Shown piece after piece: positions 1-9,386 of a stretch of 64,000 nucleotides of DNA (positions are counted from its first letter, which is position 1; every line of letters starts with the position of its first letter). The notes below the pieces were generated by a model, which worked only from the letters and a program-made list of their open reading frames with translations, ran no database searches and was not told where the DNA came from. Source of the stretch: an uncultured Acidimicrobiaceae bacterium (GTDB lineage: Bacteria > Actinomycetota > Acidimicrobiia > Spongiisociales > ZC4RG35); assembly GCA_964617995.1 (NCBI GenBank), contig CAZTXD010000002.1, positions 4,862 through 68,861 of the forward strand, written 5' to 3'. Position numbers and translations under genes: made by a program.

Positions 1-2
1 GG

Positions 3-698
3 CACTTCTGTCTGGCGGAAAGCATCATCGGTGGTCGCCAGTGCACCCTGGAGGGATACTCCTTCGAGGGAACCGTCCGCCCGTTCGGGATCATCGACTC
101 CGTTCGCTACCAGAACGGCAGCAGCTTCTTCCGCTACGAATACCCTTCCACCCTCCCCGATGTGGTTCGGGAGAAGATGGTCGAGATCACCCGGACGGTG
201 ATTCGCCATATCGGCTTCGACAACTCGGCTTTCAACGTCGAGTTCTTCTGGGACAGGCAGCGCAACCACGTATGGCTGCTCGAGATCAACACCCGGGTCT
301 CGCAGTCTCACAGCGACATCTTCGAGAAGGTAGACGGCCAGACGAACCAGCAGGTGACCGTGCAGGTAGCGTGCGGAGAGGAACCGGATTTCGCTCACCG
401 GCGAGGTGTGTACTCGTGCGCCGCCAAGTTCTTCTGGCGCACCTTCGACGGTGACGCCAACGTCACTCGCGTCCCTACCGCCGAGGAAGTTGCCGCGGTG
501 TCCGAGCGTTTCCCATCTGCGGTGGTGAAACCACAGGTGGCGGAGGGAATGAGGCTGTCCGACCTGTTGGAACAGGACAGTTACAGTTACGCCATCTGTC
601 TGATCTATCTCGGCGGAGACGACACCAAGAATCTCCTCGACAAGTACCTCGCGTGCCAGGAGATGCTGCCCTTCGAGTTAGCGCCGATCCCCCATTGA
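3..698 (+). CDS. ATP-grasp domain protein, 5'-truncated at window edge
   Basis: Reading frame open from position 3 to stop at 698 (ORF track shows only 162-698 after an internal Met); translated C-terminal part contains WLLEINTR-type ATP-grasp signature. Confidence 0.6.
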   Translation, partial: HFCLAESIIGGRQCTLEGYSFEGTVRPFGIIDSVRYQNGSSFFRYEYPSTLPDVVREKMVEITRTVIRHIGFDNSAFNVEFFWDRQRNHVWLLEINTRVSQSHSDIFEKVDGQTNQQVTVQVACGEEPDFAHRRGVYSCAAKFFWRTFDGDANVTRVPTAEEVAAVSERFPSAVVKPQVAEGMRLSDLLEQDSYSYAICLIYLGGDDTKNLLDKYLACQEMLPFELAPIPH

Positions 699-2752
699 GC
701 CGCGAGCGCCGTGGTGGGGACGGCCAGGTCACCGAGGTGGTGACGGAGTTCCCGCGTCCGGTCCGGGAGATCTTCCACACCTGGATTCCCCTCTCCGATG
801 GTACCCGGCTGGCAGCCAGGATCTGGTTGCCCGAGGACGCCGAGGAGTCCCCCGTTCCGGGCGTGCTCGAGTACATCCCCTACCGAAAGAACGACCTCAC
901 GGCGACACGCGACGTACCCCACTACACCTACGTCGCCGGGCATGGCTACGCCTGCGTTCGCGTGGACCTGCGTGGAAGCGGAGAGTCGGAGGGGGTGTTG
1001 CGAGATGAGTATCTCCAACAAGAGCTGGACGACGGCGTGGAGGTGATCCGCTGGATCTCCGAGCAGTCATGGTGCTCGGGTCGGGTGGGGATGATCGGGA
1101 TCTCCTGGGGCGGGTTCAACGGCCTGCAGATCGCCGCCCTCCGACCGCCCCAGCTCGGTGCGGTCATCACCCTCTCTTCCACCGACGACCGCTATTCCGA
1201 CGATGTCCACCACATGGGAGGGTGTCTGCTCGGCGACAATCTCTCGTGGGCTTCGACGATGCTATCGCACAACAGCATCCCGCCCGATCCCCGAGTCGTG
1301 GGTGACGAATGGCGGAAAATGTGGCTGGAGCGCCTGGAGGGAAGCGGGTTGTGGTTGGCCGAGTGGCTTCGTCATCAGCGCCGGGATCCCTACTGGCGGC
1401 ACGGATCCGTGTGCGAGGACTACGAGGCCATCCGGTGTCCCGTCATGGTGGTCAGCGGCTGGGCCGACGGCTACTCCAACTCGGTGTTCCGACTCATGGA
1501 GAACCTGAGTGTTCCTCGTCGAGGTCTGATAGGCCCGTGGCGTCATCTATATCCCCATCTCGGCCGGCCCGGTCCCGCCGTTGGCTTTCTGCAGGAAGAA
1601 GTGCGGTGGTGGGACCAGTGGCTCAAGGATCTTGAGACTGGTGTCACAGACGAACCCATGCTCACGGTATGGATGCAGGACAGTGTGCCCCCCACCACCG
1701 ACTACGAGATACGCCCGGGACGATGGGTCGTGGAGGAGGTCTGGCCTGCCGTCGACATCGAAGAAGCGGAGTTCGGGCTGGCTCGAGGCCGGCTGGTGAT
1801 GGACGACACCCCCCATGACGACCAACCGCTGAGCATTCGTTCCCCCTTGAGCTGCGGTCTCTTCGCCGGCAAGTGGTGTTCCTACGGAGCGCCGCCCGAC
1901 CTGCCCCACGACCAGCGTGAGGATGACGGAGGGGCGCTCGTGTTCGAGACGGAGCCGCTCGAAGACGATATAGAGATGCTCGGTGCTCCCGTCGTGGAGC
2001 TGGAGGTGGAGGTCGACCGTCCGGTGGCGATGGTGGCCGTCCGGCTGTCGGACGTACTGCCCGACGACCGGGCCACCCGGGTGACGTACGGACTTCTCAA
2101 CCTCACCCACCGCAACAGCGACGAGCATCCCGAACGCCTGCAACCGGGAGAGCGATACGGGATCCGCGTCCGGATGAATGACATCGCCCAGAAGGTTCCC
2201 ACCGGGCACCGCCTTCGCCTGTCCGTTTCCACCGTGTACTGGCCGCTGGCCTGGCCTGCTCCCGAGCCCGTCAAACTCACCCTCTATCCGGAGTCGAGCC
2301 GCATGACTCTCCCACTCAGGACCGTCCGCGCCGAAGACGAGCGGGATTCGCCCTTTGGGCCGCCCGAGGCAGGACCACCACTGGAGAAGACCGTCGTGCG
2401 GATGCCCGAGCAGTCCTGGACCGTCGTGCGGGACCTCGTCCGGGATGAGTCGCGGCTGGAGGTGGTCAACGACGTGGGGGTGTACCGGATCGATGCCGTC
2501 GACCTGGAGATCGAGACCCGGGCGACGGAGACGTACAGCTTCCGGGCCGACGACCACGAGTCCCTGCGGGGGGAGACGTGGTGGATGCGTCGATTCAAGC
2601 GTGGGAGTTGGGAGGTTCGCACCGTTGCCCACACGGTCCTGAGCTCGGACGCCGAGGAGTTCCGGATCCAGGCCCAACTCGACGCATACGAGGGAGACGC
2701 CCGAATCCGTTCCATGAGCTGGGACGATCGCATCGAACGCGACCACGTTTGA
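653..2752 (+). CDS. CocE/NonD family hydrolase (S15 X-Pro dipeptidyl-peptidase-like alpha/beta hydrolase)
   Basis: 699-aa ORF; N-terminal 'IPLSDGTRLAARIWLPED', GISWGG nucleophile elbow, C-terminal beta-sandwich region typical of CocE/NonD family; true start probably GTG at 737/740 (VTEFPRP...) because 653 overlaps upstream gene. Confidence 0.8.
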   Translation: MPGDAALRVSADPPLSRERRGGDGQVTEVVTEFPRPVREIFHTWIPLSDGTRLAARIWLPEDAEESPVPGVLEYIPYRKNDLTATRDVPHYTYVAGHGYACVRVDLRGSGESEGVLRDEYLQQELDDGVEVIRWISEQSWCSGRVGMIGISWGGFNGLQIAALRPPQLGAVITLSSTDDRYSDDVHHMGGCLLGDNLSWASTMLSHNSIPPDPRVVGDEWRKMWLERLEGSGLWLAEWLRHQRRDPYWRHGSVCEDYEAIRCPVMVVSGWADGYSNSVFRLMENLSVPRRGLIGPWRHLYPHLGRPGPAVGFLQEEVRWWDQWLKDLETGVTDEPMLTVWMQDSVPPTTDYEIRPGRWVVEEVWPAVDIEEAEFGLARGRLVMDDTPHDDQPLSIRSPLSCGLFAGKWCSYGAPPDLPHDQREDDGGALVFETEPLEDDIEMLGAPVVELEVEVDRPVAMVAVRLSDVLPDDRATRVTYGLLNLTHRNSDEHPERLQPGERYGIRVRMNDIAQKVPTGHRLRLSVSTVYWPLAWPAPEPVKLTLYPESSRMTLPLRTVRAEDERDSPFGPPEAGPPLEKTVVRMPEQSWTVVRDLVRDESRLEVVNDVGVYRIDAVDLEIETRATETYSFRADDHESLRGETWWMRRFKRGSWEVRTVAHTVLSSDAEEFRIQAQLDAYEGDARIRSMSWDDRIERDHV

Positions 2753-2983
2753 TCGTCGGCAAGGAGCTAGACGAACCATCCTGCTGCAATCCGGAGTGGA
2801 CGGCGAGACCAGTCTCTGTGGTCTGCAATTGGCTGGGCTACACCATTGAGTCCGTCGACGGCTCGTGGACGATCGACCTCGAGTTCAGTAACATCGGAGA
2901 AGTCCCCAACCGCTGATCCAGCGGTCTCTCCAGTGGGATCGTTGACGCATGCATTCATCTCTGCTTTGACAGACTCGTTTGAG

Positions 2984-3076
2984 ATGGCCCAGATCCGCCA
3001 CAAGCTCGAACCCAACCCCAGCCGGCCGATCTACTTCATCACCGAACCCGGAATGGGCTACCGATTCCTCGGCTAG
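2984..3076 (+). pseudogene. Remnant of the C-terminus of a KdpE/OmpR-class response regulator (about 30 aa)
   Basis: Translation ...EMAQIRHKLEPNPSRPIYFITEPGMGYRFLG* matches the extreme C-terminal winged-helix end of KdpE-type regulators (..HLRQKLEQDPARPRHFITETGIGYRF..); upstream in-frame sequence shows no receiver domain, so only a fragment survives. Confidence 0.4.
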
Positions 3077-3090
3077 AGTCGAATGTCAAC

Positions 3091-3145
3091 GGCGATGGGG
3101 CTCGCCGAGAACCGCCTTGATGGCTGATGGCTCCTGAATCCTCAG
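3091..3145 (+). promoter_or_regulatory. Fluoride riboswitch (crcB RNA motif) upstream of crcB genes
   Basis: GGCGATGGGGCTCGCC GAGAACCGCC TTGAT GGCTGATGGCTCCT matches the conserved crcB-motif consensus (GGCGAUGG..UCGCC...AACCGCC...CUGAUGGCUCCU); loop GGGGCU can pair with downstream GGCUCC (pseudoknot); immediately precedes crcB ORF. Confidence 0.75.
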
Positions 3146-3149
3146 AGCC

Positions 3150-3572
3150 ATGCCACCACCCCAATCGCCAAAGCGCCGATCACCTCTCCTAGCCAGGTAC
3201 TGGCGTCCCTGGGCTCCCGTTCTAGGAGGTGGGCTCATCGGATCCGCGGCACGTACTGGAATCAGCCACTACCTCCCCGTTGCGCCAGGACGTTTCCCGG
3301 TAGCGACCCTGGTGGTGAACCTGACCGGCTCGCTGCTGCTCGGCTTTTATCTGGCGCGCAGAGAACAGACGGTCACCGCTCCCTGGTCACTCACATTTTG
3401 GGGTATAGGCGTTTTCGGGTCCTTCACCACGTTCTCGACCTTCAGTATCGAGGTCTTCCTCCTCCTCGACCACGGGAACGCCTTCACCGCTGCTGGATAC
3501 GTGACGGCCTCAATGGTGGGTGGCCTCATCCTTGCACTCGTGGGTCAACGTGTCGGGTCGGGAATCGGATGA
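3150..3572 (+). CDS. crcB: Fluoride ion channel CrcB/Fluc, subunit 1
   Basis: Small membrane protein with GxxxN..GSFTTFSTF motif; riboswitch directly upstream; start uncertain (ATG 3150 abuts riboswitch, an internal start near 3215 is possible). Confidence 0.8.
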   Translation: MPPPQSPKRRSPLLARYWRPWAPVLGGGLIGSAARTGISHYLPVAPGRFPVATLVVNLTGSLLLGFYLARREQTVTAPWSLTFWGIGVFGSFTTFSTFSIEVFLLLDHGNAFTAAGYVTASMVGGLILALVGQRVGSGIG

Positions 3573-3916
3573 TCGTTGTCGCTGCCCTGGCGGGCGCAGT
3601 TGGGGCCTTGTGTCGTTACATGATCTCAGGCGCCGTGCAGCAGCGCATCGATACAGGGCTCCCAGTCGGCACGTTGGCCGTCAATCTCTCCGGCGCTTTC
3701 CTCATTGGCATCGTTGCCGGGATCGACAGCCTCCAATCCAGCTCCACGGCCATAGCTGCGGGGTTTCTCGGCGGGTTCACCACCTTCTCCACCTGGATGA
3801 TCGAAACCGTGCGTCTCGGTATCCCACCGTTGAGAAGTAGACCTTTCATCAATCTCATCTCGACGCTCATAGCCGGTGCCGCGCTTGCCGGCGCCGGCTA
3901 CCACCTCACCCACTGA
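3569..3916 (+). CDS. crcB: Fluoride ion channel CrcB/Fluc, subunit 2
   Basis: ATG at 3569 overlaps stop of crcB-1 (ATGA); 116-aa membrane protein with GGFTTFSTW motif; paralogous to upstream gene (heterodimeric Fluc arrangement). Confidence 0.85.
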   Translation: MIVVAALAGAVGALCRYMISGAVQQRIDTGLPVGTLAVNLSGAFLIGIVAGIDSLQSSSTAIAAGFLGGFTTFSTWMIETVRLGIPPLRSRPFINLISTLIAGAALAGAGYHLTH

Positions 3917-3931
3917 CGAAGGGCCCAATAT

Positions 3932-4270
3932 ATGGACCAACACACCGACGCCAGACTCCTCCGAATCTTCATCGGCGAGTCCGACACCCACGACGGCCGT
4001 CCGCTCTATCAGGCCATTGTCGAGACCCTCCGCCGACAGGGACTCGCCGGTGCCACGGTCCTCCGTGGCATCGAAGGGTTCGGCAAGTCCAGTCGACTCC
4101 ACATCGCCCATATCCTGCGCCTGTCCGAAGACCTCCCCATCGTCATCGAATGCGTGGACACCGACGAGAAGATCAAAGGTGTCCTCCCCGCACTCGACAT
4201 CATGATCGGCGACGGTCTCGTCACCCTGGAAAGAGTGGAGGTGCGCGTCTATCGGGCCGACGGATCATGA
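3932..4270 (+). CDS. DUF190 (PII-like) domain protein commonly linked to crcB
   Basis: 112-aa soluble protein 'RLLRIFIGESDTHDGRPLYQAIVETLRRQGLAGATVLRGIEGFG' typical of DUF190/COG1993; 15 bp after crcB-2. Confidence 0.7.
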   Translation: MDQHTDARLLRIFIGESDTHDGRPLYQAIVETLRRQGLAGATVLRGIEGFGKSSRLHIAHILRLSEDLPIVIECVDTDEKIKGVLPALDIMIGDGLVTLERVEVRVYRADGS

Positions 4271-4806
4271 CGCTGGGGTACCGCTCCATCGCGCGTCCAT
4301 CGCGCGAGAGGGTGCGATGGGACGGTCAAGAACGCGAAATGACGCGAACGAGAAATGGTGTTTGAGCAGGCATCTCTCCCATTCTCGCTGGTCAGCGACC
4401 CCCCGGACTCGCTCATATGCACTCCGACCCTAGGCGAAACATCACCCGTTGTCCGTGCATATCCAGGGAGGATTGTTTCCCATCGTAAGGTCGGATCAAC
4501 AGGACCTGGGGCAAATCCCGCCCCCTATGACAGGGAACCCAGGCCCACCTGAGAGTACGATCGGTGGCCTTGCGTGTCAGATGAGGGTTGACATTGAGGA
4601 CGATAGATCGTGCCTATTGCGGCTCGAGCAATGCCTCGATCGCGTCGAGGAGCAAGTCGAGCCCGTACTCAAAGTCCTCGTTGGGTCCGGCGTCCGTGAC
4701 GAACACGCCGGCTTCGACGAGACGGACTAGGGCAGGATGGCGCCCATCGGCCACCACCTTCTGAAGCAATGGAACAGAGTCCCGACCGAAGGGGCCCACG
4801 TGATGC

Positions 4807-5379
4807 TCAGTCCCCGCCCGGCTTGGGGTCGGGCAGGGTCTGGTAGTCGGTGGGGAAGAGGCCGGCGACGAAGGCGTAGACGGTGTCGCCGGAGCGGGGG
4901 ATCTCTCCGAACTCGTGGGTGAGGTCGAAGACCCTCTCCCAGAACTCGGCGGCGTGTTCGGCGGGGATCCGGGCTCTCCTCAGGATGGCCCGGAGATGGT
5001 CGGCCTCGTGGGCGGCCTGGGACTTGTGGGCGGCGATAGCGAGGAGATTGGGCAGCTCGGCGGCCTGTTCGGGTGTGATCTCCCCGACGTAGAAGATGCG
5101 GGCGGTGCGGCCGTAGAAGCGCTCCTCGACGGCGCGCACCTTCCTGGTCCTCACCACCTGGAGCATGCCGGCGTCGACCAGGACTCCGACGTGGTAGGCG
5201 ACGGTGCTGGGAGGTCGGCCGATCGTCTCCGCCAGCTCGTGGACTGTCGCGGCACGGTCGAGAACCAGGTCGAGGACCCGACTCCGCACCCTGTGCCCCA
5301 TGGCCCGCAGCTCTTTCGGAGAAGAAACCACCTTGACGTCTTCGAGGTCGTAGTCGGGAATTCGATTATCGTTCGACAT
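4807..5379 (-). CDS. ArsR-family winged helix-turn-helix transcriptional regulator
   Basis: 190 aa; HTH_20-like segment 'LRAMGHRVRSRVLDLVLDRAATVHELAETIGRPPSTVAYHVGVLVDAGML'. Confidence 0.7.
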   Translation of the reverse strand: MSNDNRIPDYDLEDVKVVSSPKELRAMGHRVRSRVLDLVLDRAATVHELAETIGRPPSTVAYHVGVLVDAGMLQVVRTRKVRAVEERFYGRTARIFYVGEITPEQAAELPNLLAIAAHKSQAAHEADHLRAILRRARIPAEHAAEFWERVFDLTHEFGEIPRSGDTVYAFVAGLFPTDYQTLPDPKPGGD

Positions 5380-5455
5380 TTTTCGATCGTTCCGGTATCT
5401 TCCACAATGTAATGATCAAGAAAAGTCGATCGTAGCTGTCGTAGAAGGGAGACAC

Positions 5456-6154
5456 ATGGACATTATCCTCGTTCCGGGTCTCTGGCTCGACGCCGCCTCC
5501 TGGGACGCGGTGGTGCCCCATCTCGAGGAGGCGGGCCACCGGGTCCGTCCCCTCACCTTGCCCGGGATGGAGTCGAAGGACTCCGACCGCTCGCAGGTGA
5601 CGAGGAGCGACTGTGTCGACGCCATCGTCTCCGCCATCGACTCGTCCGCAGGGCAGGTCGTCTTGGTCGGCCACTCCATGGGTGCCGGACTGGCCCACGC
5701 CGCCGTCGACGCCCGACCCGACCGGGTGGCCCGCGCCGTCTACATCGGCGGCTTTCCCGATGGCGACGGATCAACCTCCGAGTTCCCGTCCGAGAACGGC
5801 GAGATTCCCCTCTTCGACTGGTCCGAGTTCGACGAGGCCGACCTGAGGGACCTCGACGAGGCCGCCCTCGCCGATTTCATGGAGCGGGCCATCCCCTCGC
5901 CTGCCCGCATCGTCAGCGACCCTCAGCGGCTCACCGACCCACGGCGCTACCAGGTGCCTGTCACCATGGTCTGTCCCGAGTTCGACGCCGAGACGCTAAA
6001 GACGTGGATCGCCGACGACATGGAGCCGGTGCGCGAGTTCAAAGAGATCGAGGACGTCACCTATGTCGACCTCCCCACCGGCCACTGGCCCCAATTCACC
6101 CGACCGGAACAACTGGCGATGATCATCCTCGACACCATCGACCCCGAGCGATGA
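5456..6154 (+). CDS. Alpha/beta hydrolase
   Basis: 232 aa; GHSMGAG nucleophile elbow; divergent from ArsR-like regulator. Confidence 0.8.
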   Translation: MDIILVPGLWLDAASWDAVVPHLEEAGHRVRPLTLPGMESKDSDRSQVTRSDCVDAIVSAIDSSAGQVVLVGHSMGAGLAHAAVDARPDRVARAVYIGGFPDGDGSTSEFPSENGEIPLFDWSEFDEADLRDLDEAALADFMERAIPSPARIVSDPQRLTDPRRYQVPVTMVCPEFDAETLKTWIADDMEPVREFKEIEDVTYVDLPTGHWPQFTRPEQLAMIILDTIDPER

Positions 6155-6804
6155 CCGATCCAGTCGGCCCATCCCGGTTCCACCAGGCAGCGGGGACCGG
6201 AGACTGGGAGGTGGTCGGTGACGGGGCCTCCGCTTACTTCCGCACCGGTTCGTACGCCGAAGGGGCCGGCCTCGTGCAGGCGATCGCCGAGTTCGCCGGG
6301 AAGACCCGCCCCCTTCCCGACGCCGATATCCGGCCCCAGGGGGTAACCCTGCGTCTCGTCACGGTCTCCGACGAGTTCTGTGGGCTCACTGAAGAGCACC
6401 TGGAGGTGGCCAGGGACATCTCAGACCTGGTCCGGAGCAGGGGTCTCGTCGCCGATCCTTCGGCGGTGCTGATGGTGCAGGTGACGGTCGGCGCCCACCT
6501 CCCTTCCGAGATCATGTCGTTCTGGAAGGAGGTCCTCGGCTATGACCAGATCGGGGAGGAGGACCTCATCGATCCGCAGCGGAGGGGAGCACCATTCTGT
6601 TCCAGCAGTTGCGAAAGCCCCGGGAGCACCGCAACCGTATCCACGTCGACGTCTTCGTCTCCCACGACCAGGCGGAGGCGAGAGTGGCGGCGGCGATCGC
6701 CGCCGGCGGACGGCTCCTCGACGACAGCAACGCACGGCGTGGTGGACCCTGGCCGACCCCACCGGCAACGTGGCGGACGTCGCCACCCAGGAGGGACGCG
6801 AGTA
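6151..6804 (+). pseudogene. Pterin-4a-carbinolamine dehydratase-like / VOC fusion protein, disrupted by two frameshifts
   Basis: N-part in frame of ORF 6004-6840 (DWEVVGDGASAYFRTGSYAEGAGLVQAIAEF...), then frame of 6609-6848 (HRNRIHVDVFVSHDQAEARVAAAIAAGGRLLDDSNAR), then frame of 6542-6805 (AWWTLADPTGNVADVATQEGRE*); all three segments align collinearly with intact paralogue at 35813-36475; shifts near 6590 and 6738. Confidence 0.6.
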
Positions 6805-7236
6805 GCCGCGGTGACTCTCTGGCGACGGTGGCGACGGTGATCAGGTAAGCCAGATCCGGACGGATCGATTCACCCATTCTCCACCTACGTGGACGGGCAA
6901 CGGGCTTCTCTGGGTGCATCGACCTTTCCTAGCGATGCCCGCTCAGCTTCATCCTCGCTTAGAAGCCGCCTGCAGGTGATGGCTGACAGAGGATGCCATC
7001 TTCCGGCTGGCTGAACCGGGGGGAAGAGCTTCGATGAGCCGCTCGCCGACCTCAGCGAGGCGCTCGAGCCCTACTTCGTGGGTCCAACCCGCGGCACGAG
7101 GTGGAGGCCTGACAGGCAGGCCACAGCCACCTGTTCCGTCTGGCGGCGGATCGCACACCCTGAACACCGTCTGAACGGGTTGGTGGCGCGTCACGCGCCT
7201 TAGATCCGCACAGAACGGGTTTAGCATGGCCGGTTC

Positions 7237-8220
7237 ATGAATGCGGTCGAGGCCCACAACATCGTCAAGACGTTCGGTGATGTGGTCGCCCTCGACGGAG
7301 TCAGTGTCACCTTCGAAGAAGGAATCGTCTACGGGTTGCTGGGCCCAAACGGGGCGGGCAAGACCACTCTGATCAGGGTGCTGACGACGCTCCTCAAAGC
7401 AGACTCGGGGACGGCCAGGGTCGTCGGTGTCGACGTGGTCGCCGACCCGGTGGGGGTGCGTCACAAGATCGGGCTCGCCGGCCAATTCGCCGCGGTGGAC
7501 GACTTCCTCACCGGGAGGGAGAACGTGGAGATGGTCGGCCGCCTCTACAACCTGTCCAAGACGGACGCTGCGCGCCGGGCCGGGGAGGTCCTCGAGCGTA
7601 TCCATCTCATCGAATCCGCCGATCGAGCGGTGCGCACCTATTCCGGAGGCATGAGACGACGTCTCGACCTCGCCGCGTCCATGGTGGGCCGTCCCGAGGT
7701 CCTGTTTCTCGACGAGCCCACCACGGGTATCGATCCTGGCAGCCGGCTCGACCTGTGGGATCTGATCGAGGAGCTCGTCGATGCCGGAACCACTCTTCTC
7801 CTCACCACCCAGTACCTCGACGAGGCCGACCGACTTGCCGACCGCATCGGTGTCATCGATCGGGGGCGTCTCATCGACGAGGGCACATCCGACGAGCTGA
7901 AAGACCGGCTCGGTGGCAACGTCGTCGAGGTCCATGTCACCGGGGACGACCGGGCCACCGCGGCGGGAGCCCTCACAGCCGTCGCGGGCGGCGAGTTGAT
8001 TATCGAGAGTCACGCACTTGTCATCCCGGCCGTCGACGGAGCCCGGACACTGACCGCGGCAGTAAGGGCACTCGATGACGCGGGAATCGAGCTCCAGGAC
8101 ATCGGTCTACGTCGTCCCACCCTCGACGATGTCTTTCTGACTCTCACCGGGCACCGCGCGGAGGAAAGAGGCGACACCGGTGCCGGGGAAGCCCCCGGAC
8201 GCCGAGACCAACGGGTATGA
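7237..8220 (+). CDS. ABC transporter ATP-binding protein (DrrA-like, ABC-2 exporter)
   Basis: Walker [10 protein letters not shown], signature SGGMRRRL, Walker B LFLDEPT. Confidence 0.9.
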   Translation: MNAVEAHNIVKTFGDVVALDGVSVTFEEGIVYGLLGPNGAGKTTLIRVLTTLLKADSGTARVVGVDVVADPVGVRHKIGLAGQFAAVDDFLTGRENVEMVGRLYNLSKTDAARRAGEVLERIHLIESADRAVRTYSGGMRRRLDLAASMVGRPEVLFLDEPTTGIDPGSRLDLWDLIEELVDAGTTLLLTTQYLDEADRLADRIGVIDRGRLIDEGTSDELKDRLGGNVVEVHVTGDDRATAAGALTAVAGGELIIESHALVIPAVDGARTLTAAVRALDDAGIELQDIGLRRPTLDDVFLTLTGHRAEERGDTGAGEAPGRRDQRV

Positions 8221-9062
8221 CCACCGTCACGAGTCATCGACAGCGGGTCGCGTTGGCCGCGGCGTTGGCTCATACAGCAGTCATCACCAAACGCAACACG
8301 TTGCGGGTGGTGCGTCTACCCCAACTCCTGTTGTTCTCGACCATCCAGCCGGTGATGTTCCTTCTCTTGTTCAACTACGTGTTCGGTGGTGCGATCTCGA
8401 TTGGAGGTCCGACAGGTGCAGTCTCGGGGAGCGCTGACTACATCAATTGGCTGATACCCGGCATCCTCGTCCAGACCGCGGTGTTCGGGGCCACCGCCAC
8501 CGCTCTAGGGCTGACCGAGGATCTGGGAGCGGGAGTCATCGACCGGTTCCGGTCGCTGCCAATGGCCCGGTCGGCGGTCCTCGCCGGACGCACCATCGCC
8601 GACCTCGTCCGCAACACGTTCGTGAACACCCTGATGCTGGTTGTCGGGTTCCTCATGGGATGGCGGTTCGAGCAAGGGATTCCAAAGATGCTCCTTGGCG
8701 TGGCCCTGGCTCTCCTCTTCGGCTATGCGTTCTCGTGGGTGATGGCCACGATCGGACTCGTGGCCAAGACCCCTGAGGCGGCCCAGTCGGCTGGATTCCT
8801 CCCCATCTTCCCTCTGGTTTTCGCGTCGTCGGTGTTCGTGCCGACCCAAACGATGCCACAGTGGCTTCAGGTCTTCGCCGAGAACCAGCCCGTGTCGGTC
8901 ATCGCCAACGCGGTGCGTTCCCTGATGATCCCCGAGCAGGCGCTCGGTGCTCTCGGTCTCGAACAGACCACGCTGATATGGCAGTCCTTCGCCTGGATTG
9001 CAGTCATCATCGCCGTCTTCGGCCCCCTGGCGGTTCGTCAGTACCGCCGGTCCGTGGGTTAG
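8217..9062 (+). CDS. ABC-2 type transporter permease
   Basis: ATGA overlap with ATPase; 281-aa hydrophobic protein with 6 predicted TM segments by eye. Confidence 0.85.
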   Translation: MTTVTSHRQRVALAAALAHTAVITKRNTLRVVRLPQLLLFSTIQPVMFLLLFNYVFGGAISIGGPTGAVSGSADYINWLIPGILVQTAVFGATATALGLTEDLGAGVIDRFRSLPMARSAVLAGRTIADLVRNTFVNTLMLVVGFLMGWRFEQGIPKMLLGVALALLFGYAFSWVMATIGLVAKTPEAAQSAGFLPIFPLVFASSVFVPTQTMPQWLQVFAENQPVSVIANAVRSLMIPEQALGALGLEQTTLIWQSFAWIAVIIAVFGPLAVRQYRRSVG

Positions 9063-9386
9063 GACTTCCTCCCTCCCTTCTGTGAACGCTGGACGCGCCT
9101 GAGCCGCGTACTCGATCAAGAAATGGAACCGTGACGGAACAGGCCTTCCCGGGTCGGATTCCAGTCTTGTACTCATCGGTCCTTTCACCGGGGCGCTCAC
9201 TTCAGGAACCTGGAGAGAACGGCACACCTCTTTCGCCGGGCCGGGCGGGTGCTTCCTCGGGTCAGGGGCCCGATAGGAGATGTGGTTACCGTCGTCACCA
9301 TCGAAGCTCACACAGGATGGACAGTCACTGCTGCCGGGGTTGCTGCCTTCGGGTAGGACTGTTGGTCCCTCGGGTGCGACGAGGCG

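Noticed and set aside
1547-2779. Long minus-strand ORF (410 aa) antisense to the CocE/NonD hydrolase. Similar antisense ORFs occur at 6949-8013, 8505-9311, 15481-16121, 24667-26043, 33400-34779, 34883-35977, 36026-36828, 46145-47959, 54569-55198 (+), 55869-56480 (+), 56603-57247 (+), 60331-61773 and 60845-61510.
   Set aside because: Typical stop-codon-poor antisense frames of high-GC DNA. Their translations are Arg/Pro/Gly-rich low-complexity with no motifs, and each overlaps a well-supported gene on the other strand.
4480-4560. tRNA-like impression from a GGGGC-AAATCCC-GCCCC stem-loop and a downstream CCA.
   Set aside because: The loop does not fit a T-loop (no TTC start). No D-arm or anticodon arm could be built, and no 7-bp acceptor stem pairs with the 3' end.
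4614-4799. 61-aa minus-strand ORF ending in 'EDFEYGLDLLLDAIEALLE', reminiscent of a TetR-family C-terminus.
   Set aside because: Only about 20 residues resemble TetR, and there is no HTH upstream in frame. It may be a gene remnant, but the evidence is too thin to call a feature. It is mentioned only as context for the low-GC stretch.
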